Assembly (NCBI RefSeq): GCF_008000775.2
Contig: NZ_CP042905.2
Coordinates: forward strand, 2,100,001-2,132,000
Length of the DNA stretch: 32,000 nt
Origin: Promethearchaeum syntrophicum
GTDB taxonomy: Archaea; Asgardarchaeota; Lokiarchaeia; Sigyniarchaeales; Promethearchaeaceae
Direction: 5' to 3'
Below are positions 24,560-32,000 of the stretch, piece after piece. The stretch's first letter is position 1. Each line of letters opens with the position of its first letter. The position numbers were made by a program, and so were the translations under genes. A model generated the notes under the pieces. It worked only from the letters and a program-made list of their open reading frames with translations, did no database searches and was not told the origin of the DNA.

Positions 24560-24757
24560 GTTCCCATTTCCATTTTTCTAAACATTCAAATTGCTCTTCT
24601 AAACAATTTAAATAATGGTTGGTTAAATTTCAAATTATGGATTTATATCTCCATTTTCTTATCCTTTTTCATATCACTCTTCAATAAAAATCATTATTAA
24701 TCTAAGAAAAATATAAAAAAGGAAGAGTTGAACTTAATTCTTCATAATTATCTTTAA

Positions 24758-26086
24758 TTAATTCTTGTTTGGATGCAATTCAGGATGGGTATAATTATCC
24801 AAGTTAAAGTTGTCAAGTTTTCCTTTATTGAATTTATCATAAATCTTAACCATGGAGCGTAAATAACGCGATTGCAATTGATCTTCAACCAGTGATCGTT
24901 TTACTTTAGGAAGAGAAAAATATATTCTCATTAGACGACGGAATACTTTATGGGTCCAGAGATTAAAATTATCAAAAATTAAATTCGGCAGCGTTCCTTT
25001 TTCGATGGCGTTGAGAACAATCCGTTCAAAAAAATCAACAGGTGTAAAATTTATTTTCTCTCGTCGCTTCATAGTAATCGCTTCTGAAGGGCAAAACCGT
25101 GAACAAACCCCACATCCAATACATCTATCATAATTTACTTGAGCGATATTTTTTCTTTCTGGATTTTCAGTTAAATCCATCGCATCAACAGGACATTTAT
25201 CCACACAAATTCCACAACCCGTACACGCATCTACATCGATTTTTGCTTCAAAATTACTATAGATATTGGAACTATACCCTAAGCGTTTATAACCTAAAAG
25301 AGCTTCACAACAACACCCGCAACAATTACATATCCAAGACACGCCAGTTTGACTATTATCCCCAACCTGCACTAAACCAAGTTTTCTTACCTCGTCTAAA
25401 ATTTTATATGCTTCTTTTTTAGAAATTTTCTTTGCAATTCCGTGTTTGGATAAACTTTTAGCTGCATTATTGAATGTCAGACATACTTCTTGAGGATTAT
25501 CACAAGCTTTCCCCAGATGCTCCATTTTATGTCGACAATAACACGTACCTACAGTTATGCATGTTGCCGTTTCAATAACCTGACTCGCACGTTCATAATC
25601 TAAAATAATGCTTTGATCGTAATCTTGCAAAGTATCTTCATGCACAAATACCCGATCGATGGGGGGCTCTAAATTAAATAACATCGATATAAATGCATCT
25701 TCTTTATTGATATATTGATAATATAATTCGGATAGCACTTTTCGATCAAATTTTCCATCGGTTCGCATTAAAGAAAATTCAAAGAATCCTGCCATTGGAG
25801 GCGCTAAGGAAAAAACTCGTTTATTCTCTTTGATAACGTCAATAAGCAACCCTTTATCGGCCAATTCATTCAAAATAATTTCTGCTTCATCTTCCGATTG
25901 TTTCCAAATTTTAGCAGCTTTTGGGATTTCAAATGGCTTGATGGGAAGCTTGGATACCAAAGTGGCTTCTTTTTCTGTAAAGAGTATTTCTAAAATTTGA
26001 AATAAAGCTTCCGAAGCTGGGGCTTGTTGAGGGAATTTTTCTAGACGTTTATGTAAATCCAAATAACTTCTTGAAATATGACCCAT
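24758..26086 (-). CDS. Cys-rich iron-sulfur protein with C-terminal 2x[4Fe-4S] ferredoxin domain
   Basis: 442 aa. Two canonical CxxCxxCxxxCP motifs (CTGCGICVDKCP, CIGCGVCSRFCP). Upstream Cys clusters CITVGTCYCRHKMEHLGKACDNPQEVC and CNCCGCCC. N-terminal helical region LHKRLEKFPQQAPASEALFQILEILFTEKEA. Confidence 0.8.
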   Translation of the reverse strand: MGHISRSYLDLHKRLEKFPQQAPASEALFQILEILFTEKEATLVSKLPIKPFEIPKAAKIWKQSEDEAEIILNELADKGLLIDVIKENKRVFSLAPPMAGFFEFSLMRTDGKFDRKVLSELYYQYINKEDAFISMLFNLEPPIDRVFVHEDTLQDYDQSIILDYERASQVIETATCITVGTCYCRHKMEHLGKACDNPQEVCLTFNNAAKSLSKHGIAKKISKKEAYKILDEVRKLGLVQVGDNSQTGVSWICNCCGCCCEALLGYKRLGYSSNIYSNFEAKIDVDACTGCGICVDKCPVDAMDLTENPERKNIAQVNYDRCIGCGVCSRFCPSEAITMKRREKINFTPVDFFERIVLNAIEKGTLPNLIFDNFNLWTHKVFRRLMRIYFSLPKVKRSLVEDQLQSRYLRSMVKIYDKFNKGKLDNFNLDNYTHPELHPNKN

Positions 26087-26217
26087 GAAAGAAATATCTG
26101 TTGCATTTTATAAAAAGTCTGTGTGAAATAGATATTTTTGATGATGAGATCTTCGTATATGTGAATTTAAAGAGAAATTGATAAAAAAATTTTGATATAA
26201 ATCAAAATATAAAAAAC

Positions 26218-28557
26218 TTAAATGTTTTTCCGTTTTTTAATCGCTAAAATAACCGAAATCCCCGCCATAGCAGCCAAGAGTAAAATCGGATTATAACTTG
26301 AAATTGAAAATCCGGAAGAAATTTCAAAATTTTCACTTATACCATAAGTGCTATTATCGTTTGCATCAATAACTTTTATTTGATATTTTTTTGAACTACC
26401 TAGGTTTACAGGTATTGTCCAATTATAAGACCCATCGTTATAATATCCACCTTCGATTGTTTCTTTTAATTCTTCATTTTTTAAAACATTGAAATTTACT
26501 GCAGGAATGTAACCTGTCCATTCCCATAAAATATCGTAAGAAGAATTCTCTTCCCAAGATGAAGAACTATTCGGATGAAGAATGGTAATTGAGTTTTCAA
26601 CTTCACTTACTTGCAAAATCTCCAAGCCATTCCTATTACTCGCTAAGTATACATAGGATCCAGATACAAAAACATCTGAAGTATCATCTCCTTCATGGAA
26701 TTGTCCCACTTTCCTGGGGTTGATGGGATCCGAAATGTCAATAATTCCCAATCCATTATTGCCATCTGCCACATAGGCGTACACTCCTGAAATAAAAACA
26801 TCCATTGAAGCCTCAGAGTATTCACCAAGCAATCCGGGTGTGGTCGGGTCAGAAATATCAATAATCACCAACCCATTTAAAACATCAATCATATAAGCAT
26901 AAGATCCCGCTACATAAACGAATTTTGCTTCATCTCCATCAATATATTGACTCACCTCTGTGGGATCTGTTGGATCGGAAATATCAATTATTTCTAAACC
27001 GTCCGTTCCATCCGCCACGTAGGCATACGACCCCGAAACAAAAACATCGAATGTGAATGAATCAACATCATCATCGAATTCTCCTACTTTTGTGGGATTC
27101 GTCGGATCGGAAATATCAATAATCTCTAAACCATCCACACTATCCGCAATATATGCATACGTGCCCGAAATTTGAACACTCAATGCCTCTCCCCCATCAT
27201 CGAATTGTCCAACTTTCACGGGGTTGGTCGGGTCGGTAATATTAATAATCCCTAACCCAGAATAAGATTCAGCTATATACGCATACAACCCCGACACATA
27301 AACATCCTGATAATAACTATCTTCCTCGAAATGTCCCACTATTGTTGGTGTAGTTGGAGTACTTATGTCAATAATATGTAAACCATCATCTTCACCGACA
27401 ATGTAAGCATACGACCCCGAAACATAGACATCAGTTACATATCTACTATCTTTGAAATGCCCCGCTTCGGTGGGTGTTGTAGGATCTGAAATATTAAAAA
27501 TCTCTAAACCTTCAAAATAATCCGCCACATAGGCATAAGAACCTGACACATAGACACCATCTGCAGCACCATCACCACTGAATTGCCCTACTTCAGTGGG
27601 TATCGTAGGATCAGAAACGTCAATAATCTCTAAATCGATATCACCACCTGTTAGGTAAGCATACGAACCCGACACATAGACATTATTTGTTATTCCTCCA
27701 TCATTGAAATGCCCCACTTCCGTGGGTGTGGTAGGATCTGAAATGTCAATAATCCTTAAACCGAAATCATCTGCTGCTATATATGCATATGACCCCGAAA
27801 CATAAATCTCCACTGCATATCCCCAACCATTTAATTGCCCCACTTCCGTAGGGGTTGGGGGAACGGAAACGTCATAAATTTCTAAACCATCCGATCCATC
27901 TGCTACGTAAGCATATGATCCTGAAAAATAGACATTGAGTGCTTCACCACCATCATAGAATTGCCCCACTTCTGTAGGTGTGGTGGGATCGGAAACATTT
28001 AAAATTTTGAATCCATCTTCACCAGCAGCCAAGTACGCAAAAGACCCCGAAACATATACATCTATCGCATGATCCTCAACCGTAAATTGCCCCACTTCCG
28101 TGGGTGTGGTGGGATCAGAAATATCAATAATCTCTAAACCATCATAAAAATCCGTTATATAAGCATAGGACTCAGAGACAAATACTCCGATAACCTGTCC
28201 TCCATCATCGAATTGGCCTAATGCTGTGGGTGTGGTGGGATCGGAAATATCTAATATTTTAAGACCTCCATATGAATCAGCAATATATGCATATGTTCCA
28301 ACAATCATTACCTCCGATACTATCCCATCCAAAATGCCACCAATTTTTGTAGCCTCCTGTGAAAATGTTGATGATTTTGGATTTATTAATGGAAATTTTT
28401 CCATATCTTCCTTTTCTCCTTGTAGTTGAAAATTTTCGGAAGTTAATATTTGATCCTTCGAGTAATAAAGTGCAAAGAATCCACTGTTCAGAGTAAAAAT
28501 TACAGCGAGAATTAGGAAGATTTTTTTAATTTTGTTAAAAATTTTGGTATTTTTCAT
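26218..28557 (-). CDS. Cell-surface LVIVD-repeat beta-propeller protein (14 repeats) with Kre9/KNH-like Ser/Thr-rich domain and C-terminal membrane anchor
   Basis: The track start (28566) is a GTG; the ATG at 28557 gives MKNTKIFNKIKKIFLILAVIF (signal/anchor). There are fourteen roughly 43-aa units of the type VYVSGSYAYVADGxDGLEIIDISDPTTPTEVGQFxDGG. These are followed by ITILHPNSSSSWEENSSYDILWEW...YQIKVID and the anchor ILLLAAMAGISVILAIKKRKNI. Confidence 0.85.
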   Translation of the reverse strand: MKNTKIFNKIKKIFLILAVIFTLNSGFFALYYSKDQILTSENFQLQGEKEDMEKFPLINPKSSTFSQEATKIGGILDGIVSEVMIVGTYAYIADSYGGLKILDISDPTTPTALGQFDDGGQVIGVFVSESYAYITDFYDGLEIIDISDPTTPTEVGQFTVEDHAIDVYVSGSFAYLAAGEDGFKILNVSDPTTPTEVGQFYDGGEALNVYFSGSYAYVADGSDGLEIYDVSVPPTPTEVGQLNGWGYAVEIYVSGSYAYIAADDFGLRIIDISDPTTPTEVGHFNDGGITNNVYVSGSYAYLTGGDIDLEIIDVSDPTIPTEVGQFSGDGAADGVYVSGSYAYVADYFEGLEIFNISDPTTPTEAGHFKDSRYVTDVYVSGSYAYIVGEDDGLHIIDISTPTTPTIVGHFEEDSYYQDVYVSGLYAYIAESYSGLGIINITDPTNPVKVGQFDDGGEALSVQISGTYAYIADSVDGLEIIDISDPTNPTKVGEFDDDVDSFTFDVFVSGSYAYVADGTDGLEIIDISDPTDPTEVSQYIDGDEAKFVYVAGSYAYMIDVLNGLVIIDISDPTTPGLLGEYSEASMDVFISGVYAYVADGNNGLGIIDISDPINPRKVGQFHEGDDTSDVFVSGSYVYLASNRNGLEILQVSEVENSITILHPNSSSSWEENSSYDILWEWTGYIPAVNFNVLKNEELKETIEGGYYNDGSYNWTIPVNLGSSKKYQIKVIDANDNSTYGISENFEISSGFSISSYNPILLLAAMAGISVILAIKKRKNI
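26602..28344 (-). repeat. Intragenic tandem repeat array: 14 x about 126-132 nt (LVIVD units)
   Basis: The repeats are visible at DNA level. CCCCACTTCCGTGGGTGTGGT occurs exactly at 27712-27732 and 28090-28110. GGATC[G/A]GAAATATCAATAATCTCTAAACCATC occurs at 27104-27135 and 28112-28143 with one mismatch. Many further partial copies. Confidence 0.85.
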
Positions 28558-29014
28558 TTTTATCACGTTTGAATTTAATAGTATTTCTCAAGACCATAAA
28601 AAAATCTAAAACATATTTTAATTAATTAATCAAAATCCTAATTTGATCTACCAATATATTTTCATTATCTATATTTAACATTTTTGTTTTCGAAATTAAC
28701 ATAAAGAAATTGGAATTACTAAATATAGATTAAATGATAAATATTGTAAAATTTGCTGGAAATACTTATGATGCAGATACGCACTTTAAAGATAAGTCGA
28801 TAGGGGGAAAAAAATTAAATAAAAAAATTTCTTCAATATATTTAAAATTATAGTGTAAAATCTAATTTTCTTTTTTATTTCCAAGCTAATTTACTCAAAT
28901 TGAAACACTTTTATATATTATTGTTTCATACTACCCTTTTCACAACTCCTAAATCGAAAAAATTTAATAAAATGCCGTTTTGGTCATATTATAAATTAAT
29001 ATAAATTGATTATA

Positions 29015-29602
29015 ATGGGAAGAAGACGTTGGAAGTGTTTTTCGGTATTTAGCAAAAAAGGATACCAAAAGAAAAGGTCCCGTAGTCATCGTAGGGAATT
29101 TGTTCGTGGAGGTGCCGATTCAAAGATTACTCGGTTTGATGTAGGTAATCGCGGAAAAAATGATTGGGAAATCAAAATCGGGATGATCTCAAAACGCAGT
29201 ATCATGATTTCACATTTCGCTCTTGAAGCCATTCGTGTTAACGTGAACAGACGACTTATTAAAAAAATTGGAAGACAGAATTTCCATCTAAAAATCAGAA
29301 AGCACCCACACACAACCTATCGCGAACACGCAATGATGAGTTTCGCTGGAGCGGATAGGTTATCAAGTGGTATGAGAAACGGTTTTGGTAGACCGGTTGG
29401 CAAATGTGCTCGAACACGTGCAGGGGATGTCATAATGGAAGTCGGGTGCTCATTTGCGCATGCAGAACAAGTAAAGCGCGCATTTTATATTGCAGACAAG
29501 AAGGTTTGTGTTCCAACCCGAATTGTATTATTGACCGCAGAGGATCCAGCCAACATTCCTAAAGTTTCTTTGCCGTATATTGATAATTTTATTCAAACTT
29601 AA
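29015..29602 (+). CDS. rpl10e: Large-subunit ribosomal protein uL16 (L10e)
   Basis: The track start (29006) is a TTG; the ATG at 29015 gives MGRRRWKCF. FVRGGADSKITRFDVGN, ALEAIRVNVNRRL, FHLKIRKHPH and SFAGADRLSSGMRNGFGRPVGKCARTRAGDVIMEV match the archaeal/eukaryotic L10e family (AGADRLxxGMRxxFGKP). Confidence 0.9.
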   Translation: MGRRRWKCFSVFSKKGYQKKRSRSHRREFVRGGADSKITRFDVGNRGKNDWEIKIGMISKRSIMISHFALEAIRVNVNRRLIKKIGRQNFHLKIRKHPHTTYREHAMMSFAGADRLSSGMRNGFGRPVGKCARTRAGDVIMEVGCSFAHAEQVKRAFYIADKKVCVPTRIVLLTAEDPANIPKVSLPYIDNFIQT

Positions 29603-29606
29603 ACAA

Positions 29607-29625
29607 TTTCTTTTTTTTGGTTTTT
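29607..29625 (+). terminator. Oligo-T termination signal after rpl10e
   Basis: TTTC-T8-GG-T5 starts 5 nt after the TAA at 29600-29602. Confidence 0.4.
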
Positions 29626-29729
29626 ATTAAAGATCAAATTCTAGGGGTATGCTTCCTAAATCAGTTAATTAATTATTATAATCAAAAGTTTTAAGGCATT
29701 TTGAGAATTGCATTAATTAGGGAATAAAT

Positions 29730-30923
29730 ATGACCAATTTACAGCAACTAAACAATATTCTTCGAATAAAAGTAGAATTATTATGCAATGGTATTATCAT
29801 TAAAGAGGAAACTCTGAATCGGCTTGAAAAAGCAGGACATTCTTTTAATTTTGGGAGAAAAGGAGGTGCGGGACCTGCAGGCGGAAGATATTTTCGTTTT
29901 TTAAACGGTTCTATAGCAAATACTCAAATTTATATTGATTCACACCCAAAATCAAGTTTAATAATTGAAGATATTGATGGAAATAATAATGTAAAATTGA
30001 ATGTAAAAAAAGGATCCAACATTCTACCAGTTCCTTTGCAACTCATTTCTGTTCCAAATTTTTATTCTTTGAAAAGCATGGAGAAGATACCTTATCAAAA
30101 AATTGCTTTGATGCATGGAGATCGAACTTTAGCCACTACAATTAATCAAAAATGCCGATATTGGAGGGCGGATCAACAGTGTAAGTTTTGTGCCCTCGAA
30201 TTTTCACTTAATAATGGAGCAACCATTGAACGAAAAAACGGTGCCCAGATAGTTGAAACTATTCAAGCAGCCCGAAAAGAAGATAAAGAATTTGCCGAGC
30301 ATTTGACTCTAACCATTGGAACTACTGAAACTCCCGATAAAGGTATGGCGGATTATCTAGAAGTTATTAAAGATATCCGTAAATCTTATCCTCATATTCC
30401 TATCCATATTCAAATTGAACCTATGAACGACATTTCATGGTATTCAAAACTTCATGCAGTTGGGGCAAATACAATTGGAATTCATCTGGAAATTCTGGAC
30501 CCCGAAAAAAGAGAGGAGATATGCCCGGGAAAAAATTTCATTCCATATGAAAAATATGTTGAACATTGGAAAGAATCAATTGAAGTTTTTGGGAAAAACC
30601 AAGTAAGCTCATTCATTTTAACGGGTTTTGATCGATTCGAAGATAAATTCGATTTTAGAAAAAAATTAGAAGAAATGGTGAAAATCGGTGTTATGCCATT
30701 AATTACACCAGCAAGATATTTAACTGGGGTAGAATACAAGATACCTGAAACCTCAAGTCAAAAATTCTACGATTTAGTAATATACGCAGCAAAACTGTGT
30801 GACAAATATGGATTAAATCCTGAAAAAAATCAAGCAGGTTGCATACGTTGTGGCGGGTGTTCTCCTATTATTGATGCATTCAAATTTGTTGTAGCCAAAA
30901 AAATAGCCCTAAATAAAAATTAA
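29730..30923 (+). CDS. Radical-SAM-superfamily-like (biotin-synthase-related TIM-barrel) protein with non-canonical CX8CX2C motif
   Basis: 397 aa. Gly-rich N-domain FGRKGGAGPAGGRYF. Candidate cluster motif CRYWRADQQCKFC (C142, C151, C154; nt 30153-30191). Barrel-like downstream elements LTLTIGTTE, IHIQIEP, IGIHLEILDPEKREEI and VSSFILTGF. C-terminal CIRCGGC. Confidence 0.6.
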   Translation: MTNLQQLNNILRIKVELLCNGIIIKEETLNRLEKAGHSFNFGRKGGAGPAGGRYFRFLNGSIANTQIYIDSHPKSSLIIEDIDGNNNVKLNVKKGSNILPVPLQLISVPNFYSLKSMEKIPYQKIALMHGDRTLATTINQKCRYWRADQQCKFCALEFSLNNGATIERKNGAQIVETIQAARKEDKEFAEHLTLTIGTTETPDKGMADYLEVIKDIRKSYPHIPIHIQIEPMNDISWYSKLHAVGANTIGIHLEILDPEKREEICPGKNFIPYEKYVEHWKESIEVFGKNQVSSFILTGFDRFEDKFDFRKKLEEMVKIGVMPLITPARYLTGVEYKIPETSSQKFYDLVIYAAKLCDKYGLNPEKNQAGCIRCGGCSPIIDAFKFVVAKKIALNKN

Positions 30924-31585
30924 TTTTGATATTTTTTTTTATAAGTTTTAAAAACTTCTTCTACAATCTTTTCATTATTTGAATCTGAGCTAATTTTTTT
31001 TTTTAAATCATTTTCAATTGAACCTAGAAGAGCCATGATATGATTCTCAGGATAAATTGATCTTGTGATGATGTGTTTTGGGAGTTTATCATCGACGATG
31101 AAATTATCTACATTGGATAAATTTTCATCTATTCCTAAAAGGTTCATTAATCTGATTTTTATATCAGGAGTAATGTGATGTTCAAATTCACAAGCTAATT
31201 TATCTATCTGGTCAGGGTCGGTCATATTTAGGATTCTTTCAAAAAACAGTTCCATAACTACGTGGTTCATGATTAATTCTTTTCCGCGATCTTTCCCTTT
31301 TTTACTTAACCTAATACCTGATCGAGGTTTCCATTCAATTAATTTTGCAGAAGCAAGTTTTTCTAACATATTCGAAACTGATGGAGCTTTTACTTTCAAA
31401 CGTTCTGAAATTTCTTTATTTTTTACCCATCCCATAGGATTTTTTAAAGATAATCGATAGATCGCTTCTACATATTCATCATAACTTTCAGAATAAATTT
31501 TGTCTCTATTAGTGACACTTTTATAAATTGACGGATCTGAACTAGTTTTTTTTAAATCGGAATCCATTTTCTTTTCCACAATCAT
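30920..31585 (-). CDS. DtxR/MntR-family metal-dependent transcriptional regulator
   Basis: 221 aa (alternative ATG at 31567). DEYVEAIYRL, wHTH ISERLKVKAPSVSNMLEKLASAKLIEW, and metal-site residues NHVVME and ACEFEHH (C-x2-E-H as in DtxR C102/E105/H106). The 3' end overlaps the radical-SAM gene by 4 nt (convergent). Confidence 0.8.
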   Translation of the reverse strand: MIVEKKMDSDLKKTSSDPSIYKSVTNRDKIYSESYDEYVEAIYRLSLKNPMGWVKNKEISERLKVKAPSVSNMLEKLASAKLIEWKPRSGIRLSKKGKDRGKELIMNHVVMELFFERILNMTDPDQIDKLACEFEHHITPDIKIRLMNLLGIDENLSNVDNFIVDDKLPKHIITRSIYPENHIMALLGSIENDLKKKISSDSNNEKIVEEVFKTYKKKYQN

Positions 31586-31614
31586 TCCAAATAAAGAACA
31601 CCTAAAAAAATTTA

Positions 31615-32000
31615 TTATGCTAAACTAAAATATTCAAATTCACTTAACTTAAAGTTTATAACTTTCTTATTTCTTAAGAATTCTAAATGCTTTTTTGTCC
31701 TAGCTAATGCAAAAAACAATTGATCTTTTGAAATCCCCGGCACTCCACAAGCAATTAAGATTATATTCTTTGAATTTCTTGTCACCATGGAAAATTTTGA
31801 ATCTCGATACGGATATTGACTCAATATAGTATCCTTTTTATCACTAATGACTAAAGTATTTGGGGGCAAATTTTTAACATCCATTCCAATTGGAATAAAT
31901 GTTTCATTTTTTTGTGTTAAACGAAAAACAATTGGATAATCAAATGTTTCGATATCGTATGCTCCCATAGGTATTAATGCTGCTGCACTAGCCCAATTAT
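31615..32000 (-). CDS. B3/B4 (PheRS-beta-type tRNA-binding) domain protein, C-terminal part only (gene runs off the right edge)
   Basis: The frame stays open upstream of the track Met (31968) to the window end (...NWASAAALIPMGAYDIETF...). GAYDIETFDYPIVFRLTQKNETFIPIG, LVISDKKDTILSQ, DSKFSMVTRNSKNIILIACG follow the B3/4-domain pattern (G-x-D...R-x-A-x-x-E-x-F...V-I-x-D...T-x-x-T-x-N-[IV]). Confidence 0.6.
   Translation of the reverse strand, partial: NWASAAALIPMGAYDIETFDYPIVFRLTQKNETFIPIGMDVKNLPPNTLVISDKKDTILSQYPYRDSKFSMVTRNSKNIILIACGVPGISKDQLFFALARTKKHLEFLRNKKVINFKLSEFEYFSLA

Noticed and set aside
26221-26310. Calling the LVIVD protein tail (SGFSISSYNPILLLAAMAGISVILAIKKRKNI) a PGF-CTERM signal.
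   Set aside because: The motif is SGF rather than PGF and is separated from the helix by seven residues. It is only suggestive, so it is mentioned under the PGF-CTERM finding but not called as a feature.
26602-28344. Regular repeat periodicity of about 129 nt that could superficially suggest a CRISPR-like or satellite array.
   Set aside because: The period is a multiple of three and lies inside one uninterrupted 779-codon ORF. The units translate to LVIVD beta-propeller repeats. There are no spacer-like unique segments.
28567-29014. Long (about 440 nt) non-coding spacer upstream of rpl10e and the LVIVD gene, inspected for tRNA, sRNA or riboswitch-like structure.
   Set aside because: There is no GC-rich stem-forming segment, no tRNA-like cloverleaf signature and no conserved box motifs beyond a single AUGAUGC. 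It looks like an AT-rich promoter spacer.
1700-31460. All 60-107-aa ORFs in the supplied track that lie inside or antisense to larger genes. These are 1700-1885, 2260-2460, 3529-3711, 5150-5362, 6184-6366, 8007-8297, 9438-9674, 9556-9756, 10017-10268, 10863-11051, 11464-11718, 11610-11801, 13861-14061, 16805-17014, 16947-17267, 17837-18055, 18399-18722, 18784-18975, 20060-20281, 20157-20375, 20912-21109, 21409-21600, 24138-24383, 25099-25422, 26643-26861, 28226-28429, 29086-29313, 30482-30739 and 31269-31460.
   Set aside because: Each overlaps a long ORF that has clear family motifs. Their translations are low-complexity or hydrophobic nonsense with no motifs. Stop-poor alternative frames of real genes are the expected source of such ORFs.
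1-32000. Systematic annotation of TATA/BRE promoter elements for every gene.
   Set aside because: TATA-like strings occur every few tens of bases in this composition, so individual calls cannot be supported without TSS data.

Overview
This is an AT-rich chromosomal segment (about one third G+C by eye, not computed) that reads as archaeal. The evidence is a eukaryote/archaea-type ribosomal protein uL16 (L10e), a tungsten-type aldehyde:ferredoxin oxidoreductase (AOR), an ADP-forming acyl-CoA-synthetase (ACD) alpha-like protein and NikR. Also supporting are a PGF-CTERM-like surface-protein tail, oligo-T tracts after genes and GAGGT/AGGTGA ribosome-binding sites. The Asn/Ile/Lys-rich proteins would fit an uncultured AT-rich archaeon; Asgard/Lokiarchaeia-like is my guess and is inference only. 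I call 26 protein-coding genes, two of them truncated by the window edges. I saw no rRNA, tRNA, CRISPR array, transposase, integrase or phage genes. Blocks from left to right: (1) 1-3070, minus strand: sequon-rich surface proteins made of three cysteine-less sulfite-oxidase/YedY-like domains plus an EB_dh/DOMON-like domain, followed by a polytopic membrane protein. (2) 3459-4802: a TM2-domain/zinc-ribbon membrane protein. (3) 4949-12298: a tight minus-strand operon of aconitase, ATP-citrate lyase beta, ATP-citrate lyase alpha and monomeric isocitrate dehydrogenase. This is the whole 2-oxoglutarate <-> acetyl-CoA + oxaloacetate segment of the reductive TCA cycle, and an internally duplicated wHTH protein is transcribed divergently from it. 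(4) 13619-18962: singletons, namely an orphan ThiS-like GG protein, a SlyD-type FKBP with a His cluster, a large unknown polytopic membrane protein, an M20 peptidase, a HAD-like protein and a methyltransferase. (5) 19024-26086: a long-form AOR preceded by a NikR with all four Ni ligands and a His-rich insert, an unknown membrane/Cys-His protein, an ACD-alpha-like protein that lacks the phosphohistidine loop, and a Cys-rich 2x[4Fe-4S] protein. (6) 26218-28557: a 14-repeat LVIVD surface protein whose repeats are still recognisable at DNA level. (7) 29015-32000: rpl10e, a radical-SAM-like protein with a CX8CX2C motif, a DtxR/MntR-family regulator and a truncated B3/4-domain protein. Nothing here resembles a known defence, mobile or secretion system; the most unusual candidates are blocks 1, 3 and 5. 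All family assignments come from motif recognition by eye, with no database search.
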